Origin: Eledone cirrhosa
Lineage: Eukaryota
Length of the DNA stretch: 64,000 nt
Reading direction: 5' to 3'
Assembly (NCBI GenBank): GCA_964016885.1
Contig: OZ024740.1
Span: forward strand, 177,568,001-177,632,000
The notes below the pieces were generated by a model that was given only the letters and a program-made list of their open reading frames with translations, did not search any database and was not told the origin of the DNA. Position 1 is the first letter of the stretch. Each line of letters opens with the position of its first letter. The translations under genes and the position numbers were made by a program. Positions 26,734 through 41,440 of the stretch are shown here, one piece after another.

Positions 26734-26978
26734 TATATATGTGTGTGTGTGTGTGTATGTATGTATATATATATATACAAATATAAATATAAATATAAAT
26801 ATATATGTATATAGTATCATCAGAAAATACACACAGTTTTATAAGCCGAAAAGATATAACTTTACCTCGTCAGCCACCTTGTACGCGTGCAATTTCACGC
26901 TTTATGGCGGTATTGCATATTTATATATATATATATATATAAAGAATGAATAATAACAAAAAGGTTATTTATTCCGAG

Positions 26979-27091
26979 TGCTTACAAATGTTTCAACAGT
27001 GGTTATACAGTCTAGTCATGCTATGTGCAAATTGGTAATTATTTGCAGAAACTCAATTTTCAAATGCTGCTTCTACCATTTCCTCAGAGCA
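26979..27091 (-). ncRNA. Minimal hammerhead ribozyme motif with 86-nt stem II domain
   Basis: Minus strand: tgct-CTGAGGA-aatggt...actgtt-GAAA-catttg-TA-agca. Short tail into (TA)n at 26940. Confidence 0.72.
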
Positions 27092-27161
27092 GAATGGTTA
27101 AAATGTAAATACCCTTGTATTTCTTAAAGGGAGTAATTGGGGAAGATAGAGTAGAAAAGGA

Positions 27162-27238
<77 letters not shown>

Positions 27239-27812
27239 TAGGGGTTGGAGAAATGGCAGAGAGTGGTTTGAAGAATAAAGATATCTTAATCAAAATGTTG
27301 TGGTAGGGGTTTTATTATACTGCTTACTCTCAAAGTGACAACCTTAGGCGGTGTATTGATATAGTTAAGGTTGGAATTATTTATTGCCACAGAGAGCAGG
27401 TTAATATATAGATATATACAGACATGCATGTATATAATATATATATGTGTACATGTATATTTAAATATATATGTATGTGTTTGTGTGCATATATATTAAC
27501 CTTATTGAAAATAAATACATAGAACTGTTTTATTATTATCATGGATAATATAACCAAACATATATTGTTATAAAGATTTTTTTATGCCCTTTCACACTCG
27601 GAATATTCTTACATTATTATATGCTCTTATTGAAGTTGTCAACTGGTTATTTCTACTTAAAAGGCACTATCCAAAAGGGATCATAAGTGCTTTCCACTGT
27701 ATATCTTCATCATCATCCTCGCAATTGTCAATATCATTACTATTTTCATAATTATCATTAACAATATCATCATCAAAACGACGACGACGGCGACGACCAC
27801 CACCAGCACCAT

Positions 27813-27865
<53 letters not shown>

Positions 27866-28008
27866 ACATCACCATCACCATCACCACCATCATCATCGCC
27901 ATTATCATGTTCATCATTATCATTCTTATTTATTATTATATAATAAGGAGCAATGGATGTCAGAATCGGACAAAACACTTTGCAGTATTTAATTATGTCC
28001 ATTATCTT

Positions 28009-28163
28009 ATTGGCAGTATCGGTAGAGGGTCGGACGCCATGCTTTGCAGCATAGAGTTACAGCCCTTGCCATTCTGAGTTCAAATCCCGCCGAGGTTAAC
28101 TTTGCCTTTCATCCTTACGGGGTCGATAAAATAATTGCTGGCCTTGTGCCAAAAGTAGAAACA
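28009..28163 (+). mobile_element. SINE family A with internal deletion, 8-bp TSD
   Basis: TSD ATTATCTT at 28001-28008 and 28164-28171. Confidence 0.85.
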
Positions 28164-29141
28164 ATTATCTTCTGAATCATATTACTTCTGAAGTAGGCTT
28201 ACACTTTCACTTTTTCTGGATTGATAGAATTCGGTACCAGCCATATACAGGCTGGTTTGATAGCATCTACCCTCGCAAAAATTAACAGACGTGCCTTTAT
28301 TGCGTATAAGTATTTTGACAAAAGGACAGTGGCATACCAGACTGTATTTTTCATATTTTTTGTGTGCCGCATTGGCGTTCCCTACTCACAAAATGTGGGC
28401 CTTAATCCAATCTACGAAATCCTACTCGTATTGTCTTTTACTAGATTTAACACCCACCCCCACCTTTTGTAACTTCCAAGATTTGACAATATAAAGTATC
28501 TGATTTATGCTGGGAAGAGGCTAGATATTGTTGGATTCCCCCTTTGTTTCGACATATCACAATCTTTATAAATATAACAATAATCATTATGATATCAACG
28601 ATACCATCATAATCATCATCATCGTCATCGTCATTTTCATCCTCATCATCATCATCATTATGCTCATCATCATCACCATCAACGTCATCATTTTCATCAT
28701 CATCATCATCCGCATCATCATCCTCATCAACGTCATCATTATCATCCTCATCATCACCATCATCGTCATCATTTTCATCATCATCAACCTCATCAACAAC
28801 AACATTATCGTTATCATTATCATCGTTATCATTTTGTTTGGAGAAAGACAAAAAAGTTTTAAAATATTGTATTTTAAAGAAACAAACATTAATAGACAGT
28901 CACATATGTAAAAATGACATCAACGACAAAAATACATAAATAAATGGACGAAAGAGAATCTGTTATAACTAACTCTGTCTAAAATATATTCATTCACCAA
29001 TGAAACAATGTTATAAAAAAATCCATGACCGAATATGTCTTCCTTATTAAAAGATCTTTTGATATTTACACTTTATAATATTGTGTTTTGTCTTGTTTAT
29101 TTATAATCCCAAATGTATATTAATCCTCCTCACCATGTGCC

Positions 29142-29231
29142 TTACATAGATAACACTTTCCTTAAAATTCTTGCTGCACCAAGAAGTGATGTCTTCTACA
29201 TGACCTGTAACCTTGCATGAATTCCGATTCT
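29142..29231 (-). pseudogene. C-terminal remnant of an R4/Dong-like RLE non-LTR retrotransposon
   Basis: Manual translation [28 protein letters not shown] resembles the recalled QKxxLLGTARILRKVL terminus of this group. Confidence 0.6.
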
Positions 29232-29292
29232 ATTTTATTATTTGTTTTTCATCCTTGCAGGGTCGATATTTATATATATATATTTATATATA

Positions 29293-29558
<266 letters not shown>

Positions 29559-29569
29559 TGACCATGTGA

Positions 29570-29790
29570 CTTAGCAGGCCGGTGTTTATCCCAGTTTCCG
29601 TGACGTGAAGTGACTGAGAGTACAAGACTCCCTCCTGGACATGACGTCTCCCCATCACAGTGTCAACCCCCAACTATGGCTGGTACTCATTTCAGGCTAA
29701 GTATAATGCAGCAACGTGAAATGAAGTGTTTTGCTAAAGAACACAAAACACAACCTTGCCCAGCAATGGAACCTTTAACACTAGGCCACG
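29570..29790 (-). mobile_element. Degenerate SINE related to family B
   Basis: gctggtactcatt...gcagcaacgtgaaatgaagtgttttgctaaagaacaca shares a core with 3650-3700. Confidence 0.55.
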
Positions 29791-30359
29791 TGTCTCCACA
29801 GTCAACATATCGATACTGTGTGGAGTTAATCGACATTGCGTGAATATGTATGTTCATAAAGACATTGAGCACATAAAAATATAAATATATCTTCTCAAAA
29901 TTGAAAAACATGATGAACATCTATTGTTTTATTTGGGAATGGCCATGTTGCTAGTATTGGTAATAGGAAACAGACACACGAGATGATTTTCACTTTTTCT
30001 CTTTAATTTTATTACTAGTTCGTCAAAGTTCTTTCGTTATACCTTCTGTGACCTCCTCAATGACTTTCAGTTTATTTTTGAGCCTCCTTGTCTTTCTGGT
30101 CTTAATCTGACAATCCCCAAATATAACAACGTCGGTTTAAACTTAATCAATTTCCATCCATTACTCTGATCTTATCAATGGTTATATACATCAAAATAGA
30201 TACAAAGTCGTCTTAATATATACTAAAATTAACTACCAACATAACTACTAATAATATGTGAATTAGTAAGTCCATTACATTGGTTTATAAGGCTATCAGT
30301 ACCATATTTCATTGTGGTTGTTTGGAGATGTAGATATGCTCTCATAAGCTCATAATAAT

Positions 30360-30447
30360 TGTTTCTACTTTTGGCACAAGGCCAGCAATTACCCAGTGCA
30401 TTAGTGGTACTTTATTTTATCCTGTAAGGATGAAAGGCAAAGTTAAC
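30360..30447 (-). mobile_element. SINE family A, 5'-truncated, 11-bp TSD
   Basis: TSD CTCATAATAAT at 30349-30359 and 30448-30458. Confidence 0.85.
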
Positions 30448-30642
30448 CTCATAATAATGGTCGGAAATTGATTAAGGGTTGTTATCATATAAAGGGAGAT
30501 ACTAAAACTGATTTATTTATGTCTATATACTCAATGTGTATAGTTATATACATATTTACGCAGTTTCAGTTAACTCTCAAATTGTATATATATAGAAGTA
30601 TGAATTCATCATAATGTATGTATGTATATGTTACATGCGTGC

Positions 30643-30683
<41 letters not shown>

Positions 30684-30744
30684 AAAAAGTGTAACCCCGA
30701 CGGCAGAGCTCAAGCCGTTTCGACGGCTATTTCTGGACTATATA

Positions 30745-30779
<35 letters not shown>

Positions 30780-30906
30780 CCCACCCACTCTCAAGCGTGA
30801 ACCTAATACTAACACTTTGTACTGCACTCTTCGTTATTGTTTTTGTTTTTTGTTTTAATTTATATATATATATATTTTTAAAAATAGAGGTGTAACACAC
30901 GAGTTG

Positions 30907-32807
30907 TAAAAGGAAAAGAAAATGCTGACAAATTTTTCCCAGTGAAAAATAGTTTAATTAGGAATAAGTATAAAGTAGTAATAAGTATTGGTTAGTATTC
31001 AGTTTTAGTTTTAAGTTTTTACCGGTTGCGCATTTCTAATGCTTTTCAAAAATAATTTTGAGATAGAGCGCTCGTGATGTTTGCTCTAATCTGATCAGTT
31101 TTGGAAATTCTTCCTGTTTTATTGTTTTATGTGAAAAAAGTGGCACCAGAGCTATTAAGATTTGGTTGTTGAATGTCACGTCAATAAGTACTATAAATTT
31201 CGCGCCAATTCGTGTTGCAAAAATTCTTGTAGTCAAAACAATTTTGATTGATCGGTAGAGGTCACGTGAATGTTAAAAATTGATTTTAGCGCGAACTGGT
31301 TTAGCGCCAAATGTAGGTTTGTCGAAGAGTGTCTTTTTCGCCTGATTGAGTTGCAGTCATGTTGAGAAGTCACTGAAAAATATGTCTATTAAGACAAATA
31401 TGTGTGTGTGTGTGTGTGTAAAGAGGTTCATTGTTGTGATAATGGTCAGTAGGGATGTATGTGTGAGTTGCAGTCATTTTGAAAGGTCAACAGTTCAGGT
31501 GTCTATTAAGACAAATATGTATGTGTGAGTGTGTGTGTGTGTGTGTAGCAGAGTGGTTCGTGGAAGATGGAATAAAATCGGTCAGTAGGAATGTGTGTGT
31601 ACGTGTGTGGGGGATATTTTAACATGTTGAAAGATATTTTTCAGCTCTTGTCTTATACGGAGAAGTGTGTGTGTGTGTGTATGTCTGTTTGTATGTTAGT
31701 GTACGCGTGTGTATGTGTGTGTGTATATGTGTGTATATGTGTGTGTGTGTGGATGGACCAGTATTTTTGTGATACTGGTAAAAATGGTGTACATTATTCG
31801 ATATTTTCAGTAATTTGCAAAAACGATTCTCTCAAAAGAACATCAAAAGCCTTAATAATAAAAGAGGTGAAATGATGTATAGTATTGTCATAACACCAAG
31901 GTGTGTGTGAGTGTCCAGATTGTACGTACTGCAAGGGGAATCAATTAGGCCCTGCCGTATGGGAATACTTGTGTACAAATATGTATGTGCCCATCAGTGT
32001 GCAATGCATGTGTGCGTATGTGTATGTGTATGTGTCGGCATGTTTATATCTATAAACATCAAAAGGTATGCAAATTTGTGTATATTTGTGTTGCACCATA
32101 GAACATGTGTGTTTACGTATGTCATTGTGTTTATATGTGGATAGAAATGTATGTAGGATGTATGCTGATGTAGGGGTGTATGTTGACGTGTGTATGTTGT
32201 GGGTTCGTCTTAGGGAGAAGTGTTTAGACGGGTCTGTATTTGTTAATAAAGTGAGATTCCTTGCTGATGCGCTGGGTGTGGGAGGCATTATCTTTAAATT
32301 TGTAGAGGGGAAAGATTCTAAAGTTAGGATTATTTTCGGCGCCACAGGTATCAATGTGTTCACTCAGTGGTATTTTTCTGTATTCCCGTATTTTAATTCG
32401 GGATCTATGGACAGTCATACGTTGGCGGAGGCTGTTTTTAGTCTGGCCTATGTATTGGTCTCGACAACCTGAGCAAGTTAATACATATATTAGATTTTCT
32501 GATGCGCATGTGAAATTGTGTTTTACTATAAAACGTTGTCCTTCTTTGAAATAGAATTCCGAACCCTCTATTAGGTTGATGCATATGCCACATTTGGGTA
32601 TATCGCATTTTTTTACTGTGGGTTTCGTTGTTGTGGTTGGCAGTACTTTGGCATGTGTTTGGATGTTTTTCATTGACTTAGATTGTCTTTTGCTCTAAAT
32701 GATATCGTGTGTTCGAAGGATTTGGTTCATATTACTAATTTATACTTATTCCAAATTAAACTATTTTTCACTGGGAAAAATTTGTCAGCATTTTCTTTTA
32801 CTTTTAC
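30907..32807 (-). mobile_element. 5'-truncated Penelope-like element (Neptune-like) with intact GIY-YIG domain and inverted terminal copy
   Basis: ORF 32224-32673: KCDIPKCGIC Zn motif, NLIY..YIGQT..LRQRM..H..E. 30907-30983 is the reverse complement of 32732-32807. A possible decayed hammerhead lies at 31021-31117 (gaaga...GAAA-tgcgca). Confidence 0.85.
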
Positions 32808-32884
32808 TAATAGATATATAGATATATATATATACACACGAATGTATGTGTCTTTATCATATGTTCCATGCGTCCGTGTATCTC

Positions 32885-32915
<31 letters not shown>

Positions 32916-33587
32916 AGTGAGTGTGTGTGTGTGTATGTATGTGTATATGTGTACATATATACATTCGCGCACGCATGCCAATACAGATTATCATTAACTA
33001 TATTGGAGTGTGATTTGTCCGTTTATTTTCAATTTTGCTGTTATTAGAACTTATCTTATTAAATGTGAAAGTTGTAGGGGTGAAATTCAATATAGACCAC
33101 TACTGTGATTTGAAGTAAATATAACAATTTATTCATTTTTCCTTGTCCCCTATTGATTATACCACCCCAACACCCCATAAAAAGTGTGTATTAAACCGTT
33201 TAGCATTCATGCACGCGCGCTTATGCATTATGTACAAAGGCAGACGATAGAATGAGAAGGAGGAGGAGGAGGAGTAGAAACATAAGGGAGAAGAAAACAT
33301 TCAGTAGGTAAGGCAGACGAGTTGTAGAAGAGGAAATGGAGGAAAGAAGAAAGAGGAAGAAGTGAAGCGAGGTGTTTTGGATAGACAAAGCTGTGAGAGA
33401 CTGAGAGAGAAACATCGAGAATGGGTGTAGACAAACTGGTAGCGAATCAATTGTGCCTAAATGACACAATAGAAGATGTAATAAATATATTGTATACCAG
33501 ATTGAGTGCTCTCCCAAATGTTGGATATTCTACACTACAAACACTCAGCACACACAAACAGTCACACATAAAGATACACAGATACAC

Positions 33588-33619
<32 letters not shown>

Positions 33620-34028
33620 GCGTGTGTGTGTGTATGTGTATATATATATATTATAGACCTATGTCTGCATTATATTTATATATATATATACATATAGATC
33701 TGTGGATGTGCGCATATTATATATGCGGGTGCATATGTCTGTTGGCATTTGAATATTTGTGTATTTAAATATAGATTTACGTGTAGGGATACCTACTCTC
33801 AAGAGCGTGAAACTAATAAACCTTTGTTCGTACTGCCTCTCTGTTTTGTTCCCGTTCCATTTTTCACTATATATATATATATATATATTCTTTAGATATC
33901 TGCGGAAATCAAATGAATAGACACGTGTCTGTGTGTCTAGGATACCCCGATAAATTTCCGTAAGGGTGATTGACTGTTAAATTTGAGAATTAGACATACA
34001 GACACCCACATACACACACAAACGTGTG

Positions 34029-34137
<109 letters not shown>

Positions 34138-35216
34138 GCACACACAAACGCGTGTGCGTGTCTTTATATATATATATATACATAGGCCTCCTTATTTGAT
34201 ATGCACTTCTTTCGCATACTTGTCTCTCCCTTTCTCTTTATCCCTATTTTTACCACGCGCATTTACCCAGCCTGCCACTTCTCTTTTTCTTGTTTACCCT
34301 TAACAAGCTCTCAGTCTGTCAGAATTCAATGGTAGAGTATAGGGAGGAGGAGCGGAAAGGGGCGACGTGCCCTGTTAATGACAATATACCATTAGTCTTA
34401 GTGTGTGTGAGCGCGCGCGTTTGTGTTTTGATGTGTATGGGTGGGAAGAACATGGTCCTAGCAAGAAAATGACACAATGCCCTTTACAGCAATGGGTAGT
34501 GCCTTCAAGCGATATGACGGCACATTAGTTTATGATAAGGATGTGGTGATTGGATTGCTCTTGTTGATACCAATGTAGGGCCTGATCAAGTATAACATCC
34601 AGTAAGGACCAGCTTACGGTTTTTGATTTTTATTGTGTTTTTCCGAAATACATTAACCAATACATTTATTTTGCTTTCTTTTTAGTTGGTATGGTGTGAT
34701 ATGTGTCAGATAAGGCATCCATTTTTAGCAATTCGAGTAACCATGGAACAGGGATTTTGTCATTTGTTAAGGACCATGATACTGTGTCAGAAGATGACGA
34801 TGGCCAAAACGAAAGAAATGATGCTGACAGCTACGAAAATGACCTTATATACTGTGTCATTATAAAACAACAATGATGTCCTTGCAGACTTGTCAACTCT
34901 CCCGTTCGACGGGGGGGGGGGGGGGGATCTCCCACCAAACTTGAAGTGGGTGAGAGATGTCTTCTCTTGTGAAAATGGGTACAGCTTTCATTATGTAAAA
35001 TCTCCTCATGTTGCCTCATTTCTCCTCGTTCTGGGACCATTTTTTTCATGGTACACACCGTTTGCTTTTTTAGAGGTTGGCAGGTCTGGACCTTGGCGAC
35101 GACAAAGCTCCAAACATAATCACGTTTACAACCAACGATTTGTGACAATGCTATCACTGTCACACCCACCAACAATACCTACATCATCACCATAACTACT
35201 ATCACCGCCAGAACAA

Positions 35217-35315
<99 letters not shown>

Positions 35316-35404
35316 GGGGTAACAAATAATAGTTAAATTCAGTCCACCTTTTTAAATGCAGTAAACCTTTTTTGTATAGCAAACCATGTCAACCTTCTTT
35401 CCTG

Positions 35405-35436
<32 letters not shown>

Positions 35437-36570
35437 AAGAATTAGAAATAGAAGCCAGGACTATCCATCATCAGTGGTCTACTAGCCATCATAGGTATTT
35501 CTTCGCTCACATAATGAGAAATGGGGAGGTGGAGGAAGAACTGTATGCCCATGAAAACATTTCAATTTTTACAGGTATTAATGTGTGACCCGTAGCAGAA
35601 ATTTGAGCAGGTAAATCGAAGATTGGCCGATGCGTTGTCACAAATCGTAAACTTCTGGGCTGAAGACTATATAATGTTTAGTTTTACTGTCAGTGATTGG
35701 GCCAGTCTAAGACATGGCATCCTAAGTGTCAACCAGTAGAAACTTATTTACACTGTTATTTAGCAGAGTCTACAGTATGTATGAACACTGTCTAGTGACA
35801 TTTAGATCGGGCCTCTGGAATCTGAATACTAATCCCACCAAAACAAACTTTGTCTTTTGTCCTTTCGGGATCGATAAAATAAAGTACTAGTAGAGGGCGA
35901 TGGATAGCGGAAATCGTCAGAAGGTCAGTCGAGATGTATTTTAGCTTTTTGTTCCGATTCTTTGCATTATGAGGTCTTGGGTAATGGATTAACTCCACCA
36001 CGCAGTTTCAAATACGTTCCCGATGACTTTAGCGAAATCCTTACCATTCTCTATTTAGCTAACATATTTGGAGAATTGGGTTTTTTAAAGGAAAAGCAGA
36101 CCAATGACTTTGTATGACCTCAAATGGAATAAACTATTTCGTCGAAGTGATTAGAGCTCACAAACATATGTATGCCAGTAGCCACAGAAAAGACCTTTAT
36201 GTTGTTGCTATATTTACAAGAAACAGTAGCCAAATTTCCTTCAAATGACACCTTGTCTTCGATAAAAAAAATATTCGCAAGCAAATCTAATAAACTCACA
36301 ACTATAAAATTAAATAGTCATAGCTGAAACAACTATTATCTTGAGTAAGATTGACCTAAACAAGAACAATAAATACAAGAGGGCTGCGTGGAAATTACCG
36401 AATAGAAAGTCCTTTGAAAGCCCAATTCACAAGAGCTCGCCATGTCTCTGGTACAAATCTAAATATTTAGTTGATTTCTAATATAGCTCCGATTCTACAA
36501 ATATCGGGGGAGGACTAGAGACGATTAAATTGACCTAAGTAGATAAGCTGTAGTTGTAAATGATAGTTTC

Positions 36571-36765
36571 TGATTAAAGCACAAAGCTAATAATTTTTAA
36601 GGAGAGGAAAGTCGATTAAATCGATCAGTGCATTATTGGTAGTGTATTTTATTGACCCCGTAAGGATGAAAGGCAAACCTCGGTGGAATTTGAACTCAGA
36701 TTGTAAAGGACTGTAACTCTATGTTGCAAAGAATGGTGTCCGACGCTCTACCGATACTGCCAAAC
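36571..36765 (-). mobile_element. SINE family A
   Basis: Reverse complement of head, B-box and core. Confidence 0.75.
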
Positions 36766-37302
36766 TATCATCCTGTGTAGTTGTAAATAATGAAAGAAAC
36801 ATAAATTTGAATTGAAACGCTCTTTTTGATGTCGTGAAATGACGCAATACAAAAATGGCGTCGTGTACAGGATTTCCTTGTTTGCAATATAAATGGCGAA
36901 GAATTGTATTCACATTAACGCACAGACGAAGACATACACATAGTGGAGTAATAATAGATACACATATACATACGCACATACAAACATGCAGACATAAATA
37001 CATAATTAAAGGCGTGTGCACGCATGCATAGACACACACAAACACTTACACACGTGTGCACACTACTGAAACGCGTGGCAACAACACAAATGAAACAAAC
37101 AATAGAAAACAAAGAAAGAAAATAGCCAGGAAATTCACCAGTAGACATGCATGTGTATGCACGTTTGTATGTGTGTGTGTGCGTGTGTGTATATATGTGT
37201 GTGAGTGTCTACATATATATATATATGTATGTATATTGATATATAAGTCCATCTATGTATAATATATATATATATATACGTATATACAGACACACACGTA
37301 TG

Positions 37303-37333
<31 letters not shown>

Positions 37334-37796
37334 ATATATACAGACACACACGTACATACATACATACATATATACATACATACATACGCATGCATATGTA
37401 TATATGCATATAAATATATATGTATAGATACACACACGTATGTGTATGTGTGCGCGTGCGTTTGATTGACTACATCCGGTATGGCAGTTGATTTCTCCAC
37501 ACTCACCTCCTCAGTTCTTACCTCTATTCTACCTTACCACCCGTAAGTCAATAAATAAAGATTTAGTGATTCAGTTATCAACCCCACTTGAGTTTATCTA
37601 ATGTCGCCTGTTCAGCATGATAAACTGTAGAGAAGGAGAGAGAAAGATAGAGAGAGAGAGAGAAACAGAGAGCGAGAGAGAGAGCGACAGAGAGAGAGAG
37701 AGAGAGATGGAGAGAGAGATGGAGAGTGAGAGAGAGAGATCCAATAGAAATTAGGTGTTGTAGGGTACGGCGTTTGCTGTAGCAAAACACCATCAT

Positions 37797-38010
37797 TTTG
37801 GCAATATCGAGAGAGCGGCAGACACTCTGATTCGCGGCATAGAGTTACGGCCTTTTGCGTTCTGAGTTCAAATCCCGCCCAGGTTAGCTTTGCCTTTTAT
37901 CCTTACGGGGTCGATAAAATAAAGTACCAGTAACACACTGAGGTCGATTAAATCGACGTTCTCACCCCCCCCCCCAAGATTGTTTATTGGCCTTGTGCCC
38001 AAATCAGAAA
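37797..38010 (+). mobile_element. SINE family A
   Basis: Head, B-box and core present. Confidence 0.82.
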
Positions 38011-38036
38011 TTAATATTAAAAACAATAACAGCACT

Positions 38037-38096
<60 letters not shown>

Positions 38097-38231
38097 TTAA
38101 CAATATCTTCAGCAACTACACTATCAATAACTTCAACAATATCAACAACAGTAGCACCAACATCAACGACAACAAGGACATCATCATCAACAAAAACAGT
38201 AGCAATAACAACACCAACATTATCGACGGCA

Positions 38232-38414
38232 GATGGATTGGCAGTATCGCTAGAGGGTCGGACGCCATGCTTTGATGCGTAGAGTTACGGTCCTTGCCAT
38301 TCTGAGTTCAAATCCCGCCGAAGTTAACTTTGCCTTTCATCCTTACGGGGTCGATAAAATAAAATACCAGTAATACAATGGGTAATTGCTGGCCTTGTTC
38401 CAAAAGTAGAAACA
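38232..38414 (+). mobile_element. SINE family A, 13-bp TSD with one mismatch
   Basis: ATTATCGACGGCA (38219-38231) / ATTATCGACAGCA (38415-38427). Confidence 0.88.
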
Positions 38415-38469
38415 ATTATCGACAGCAATAGCCATATTATTGACGATATCAACAGAAAAAAAACGACAA

Positions 38470-40530
38470 CAACAACAACACATACAACACCAACAACACC
38501 AACAACACCAACAACACCAACAACATCTACAACATCTACAACATCAACAACATCAACAACACCAACAACATCTACAACACCAACAACATCAACAACATCA
38601 ACAACATCAACAACATCTACAACATCAACAACATCAACAACACCAACAACATCTACAACACCAACAACATCAACAACATCTACATCAACAACATCAACAA
38701 CATCAACAACACCAACAACATCTACGACATCAACATCTACATCTACAACACCAACAACATCAACAACATCTACAACATCAACAACATCAACAACATCAAC
38801 AACATCTACAACATCAACAACATCAACAACACCAACAACATCTACAACACCAACAACATCTACAACACCAACAACATCAACAACATCTACAACATCTACA
38901 ACATCTACAACATCAACAACATCTACAACATCAACAACATCTACAGCACCAACAACATCAACAACATCTACAACACCAACAACACCAACAACATCAACAA
39001 CATCAACAACATCTACAACATCTACAACACCAACAACATCTACAACACCAACAACATCAACAACATCTACAACATCTACAACATCTACAACACATACAAC
39101 ACCAACAACATCTACAACATCTACAACACCAACAACACCAACAACATCAACAACATCTACAACATCTACAGCATCAACAACATCTACAACATCTACAACA
39201 TCAACAACATCAACAACATCAACAACATCTACAACATCAACAACATCAACAACATCAACAACATCAACAACATCAACAACATCAACAACATCAACAACAT
39301 CAACAACATCAACAACATCAACAACATCAACAACATCTACAACATCTACACCATCTACAACACCAACAACATCAACAACATCAACAACACCAACAACATC
39401 TACAACATCTACAGCATCAACAACACCAACAACATCTACAACATCAACAACACCAACAACACCAACAACATCAACAACATCAACAACATCAACAACACCA
39501 ACAACACCAACAACATCTACAACACATACAACACCAACAACATCAACAACACCAACAACATCTACAACATCTACAACACCAACAACATCAACAACATCTA
39601 CAACATCAACAACATCTACAACATCAACAACACCAACAACATCAACAACATCTACAACATCAACAACATCTACAACATCAACAACACCAACAACATCAAC
39701 AACATCTACAACATCAACAACATCTACAACATCAACAACACCAACAACATCAACAACATCTACAACATCAACAACATCTACAACATCAACAACACCAACA
39801 ACATCAACAACATCTACAACATCAACAACACCAACAACACCAACAACATCAACAACACCAACAACATCTACAACATCTACAACACCAACAACATCAACAA
39901 CATCTACAACATCAACAACACCAACAACATCAACAACATCTACAACATCAACAACATCTACAACATCTACAACACCAACAACATCAACAACATCTACAAC
40001 ATCAACAACACCAACAACATCAACAACATCTACAACATCAACAACATCTACAACATCAACAACACCAACAACATCAACAACATCTACAACACCAACAACA
40101 TCAACAACATCTACAACATCAACAACACCAACAACATCAACAACATCTACAACACCAACAACATCAACAACATCTACAACATCAACAACACCAACAACAT
40201 CAACAACATCTACAACATCAACAACATCTACAACATCTACAACACCAACAACATCAACAACATCTACAACATCAACAACACCAACAACATCAACAACACC
40301 AACAACATCAACAACACCAACAACATCAACAACATCTACAACATCAACAACATCTACAACATCTACAACACCAACAACATCAACAACATCTACAACATCA
40401 ACAACACCAACAACATCAACAACATCTACATCAACAACATCTACAACATCTACAACATCTACAACATCAACAACACCAACAACACCAACAACATCAACAA
40501 CACCAACAACATCAACAACATCTACAACAT
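38470..40530. repeat. About 2-kb 9-bp minisatellite (CAACATCAA / CAACATCTA / CAACACCAA variants)
   Basis: Direct reading. It explains the 745-aa and 759-aa VVD/QQH ORFs. Confidence 0.95.
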
Positions 40531-40622
40531 CACCGTCAACAAGTATTAACAACAACAACATCAGTAACTACAACATCAACATCAACAACAGCAACAGTAT
40601 CACAAGATCTACACGATCATCA

Positions 40623-40812
40623 TGGTGGATTGGCAGTATCGGTAGAGGGTCGAACGCCATGCTTTGCAGCGTGGAGTTACGGCCCTTTACGATATGGGTT
40701 CAAATCCCGCCGAGGTTAACTTTGCCTTTCACCCTTACGGGGGTCGATAAAATAAAAGTACCAGAAATGTACTGGGTTAATTGCTGGTCTTGTGCCAAAA
40801 CAAGAAACAATT
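40623..40812 (+). mobile_element. SINE family A
   Basis: Head, B-box, core and gaaacaatt tail. Confidence 0.85.
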
Positions 40813-40886
40813 AATTTCAATAGTAACAACACCACCATCATCATCACCATCATCACAACATCAACAATTCTCAGCAGAAACAATAA

Positions 40887-40933
<47 letters not shown>

Positions 40934-41270
40934 ACATCAAGAAATATGAGCAGAACATCATCATCATCAACAACATCAACAACAACATCAGCGATAACAT
41001 CAACATCATCAGCAAATACAACACCACTAACAATTAATGCTAAAGACAAGATGCAGTAAGCGCGTATACTTTGTCACTCAACCTGCTAAGAATACGTTTT
41101 TACTCTTTTGCGTGTTCCAACCGACTGTCTGAGGCCATGCTGGAGCACCACCATTAGCGGAAAAATCTTTCCCCAAACCAAAACTATGCTGTAAAACTTG
41201 CATAATTTGATACGAAGTCGAACATTACTGAAAATAAAAGACTGGAAAGTCGTGACTTCAACGCTCGGAC

Positions 41271-41440
41271 GCTCTAGAGATTTCTAGTGTCCTTGGCTCT
41301 AGAGCCACCTCTCTACTCACCACCATTGGCACAGAGTTGGCTACCCGCAGATGTGAACCAAGCTAGCTGGAATGGCTCTTCCAGCGCGTCTCCCTTACCA
41401 TCCTCCAGGAAATGCCTCCTCTATTCTGTCCACCGGGGCC
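41271..41440 (+). pseudogene. 3' fragment of the same CRE-clade family (RLE C-terminus)
   Basis: Translates ALEISSVLGSRATSLLTTIGTELATRRCEPS*LEWLFQRVSL, matching 9335-9490. Confidence 0.85.

Noticed and set aside
26810-26875. CTGATGA/CTGACGA heptamers on the minus strand (also at 35468, 44418 and 48436)
   Set aside because: No paired stem II with GAAA and no stem I complement could be found.
38324-40719. 745-aa and 759-aa VVD/QQH ORFs
   Set aside because: They are 9-bp tandem repeats whose ORF ends run into SINE sequence.
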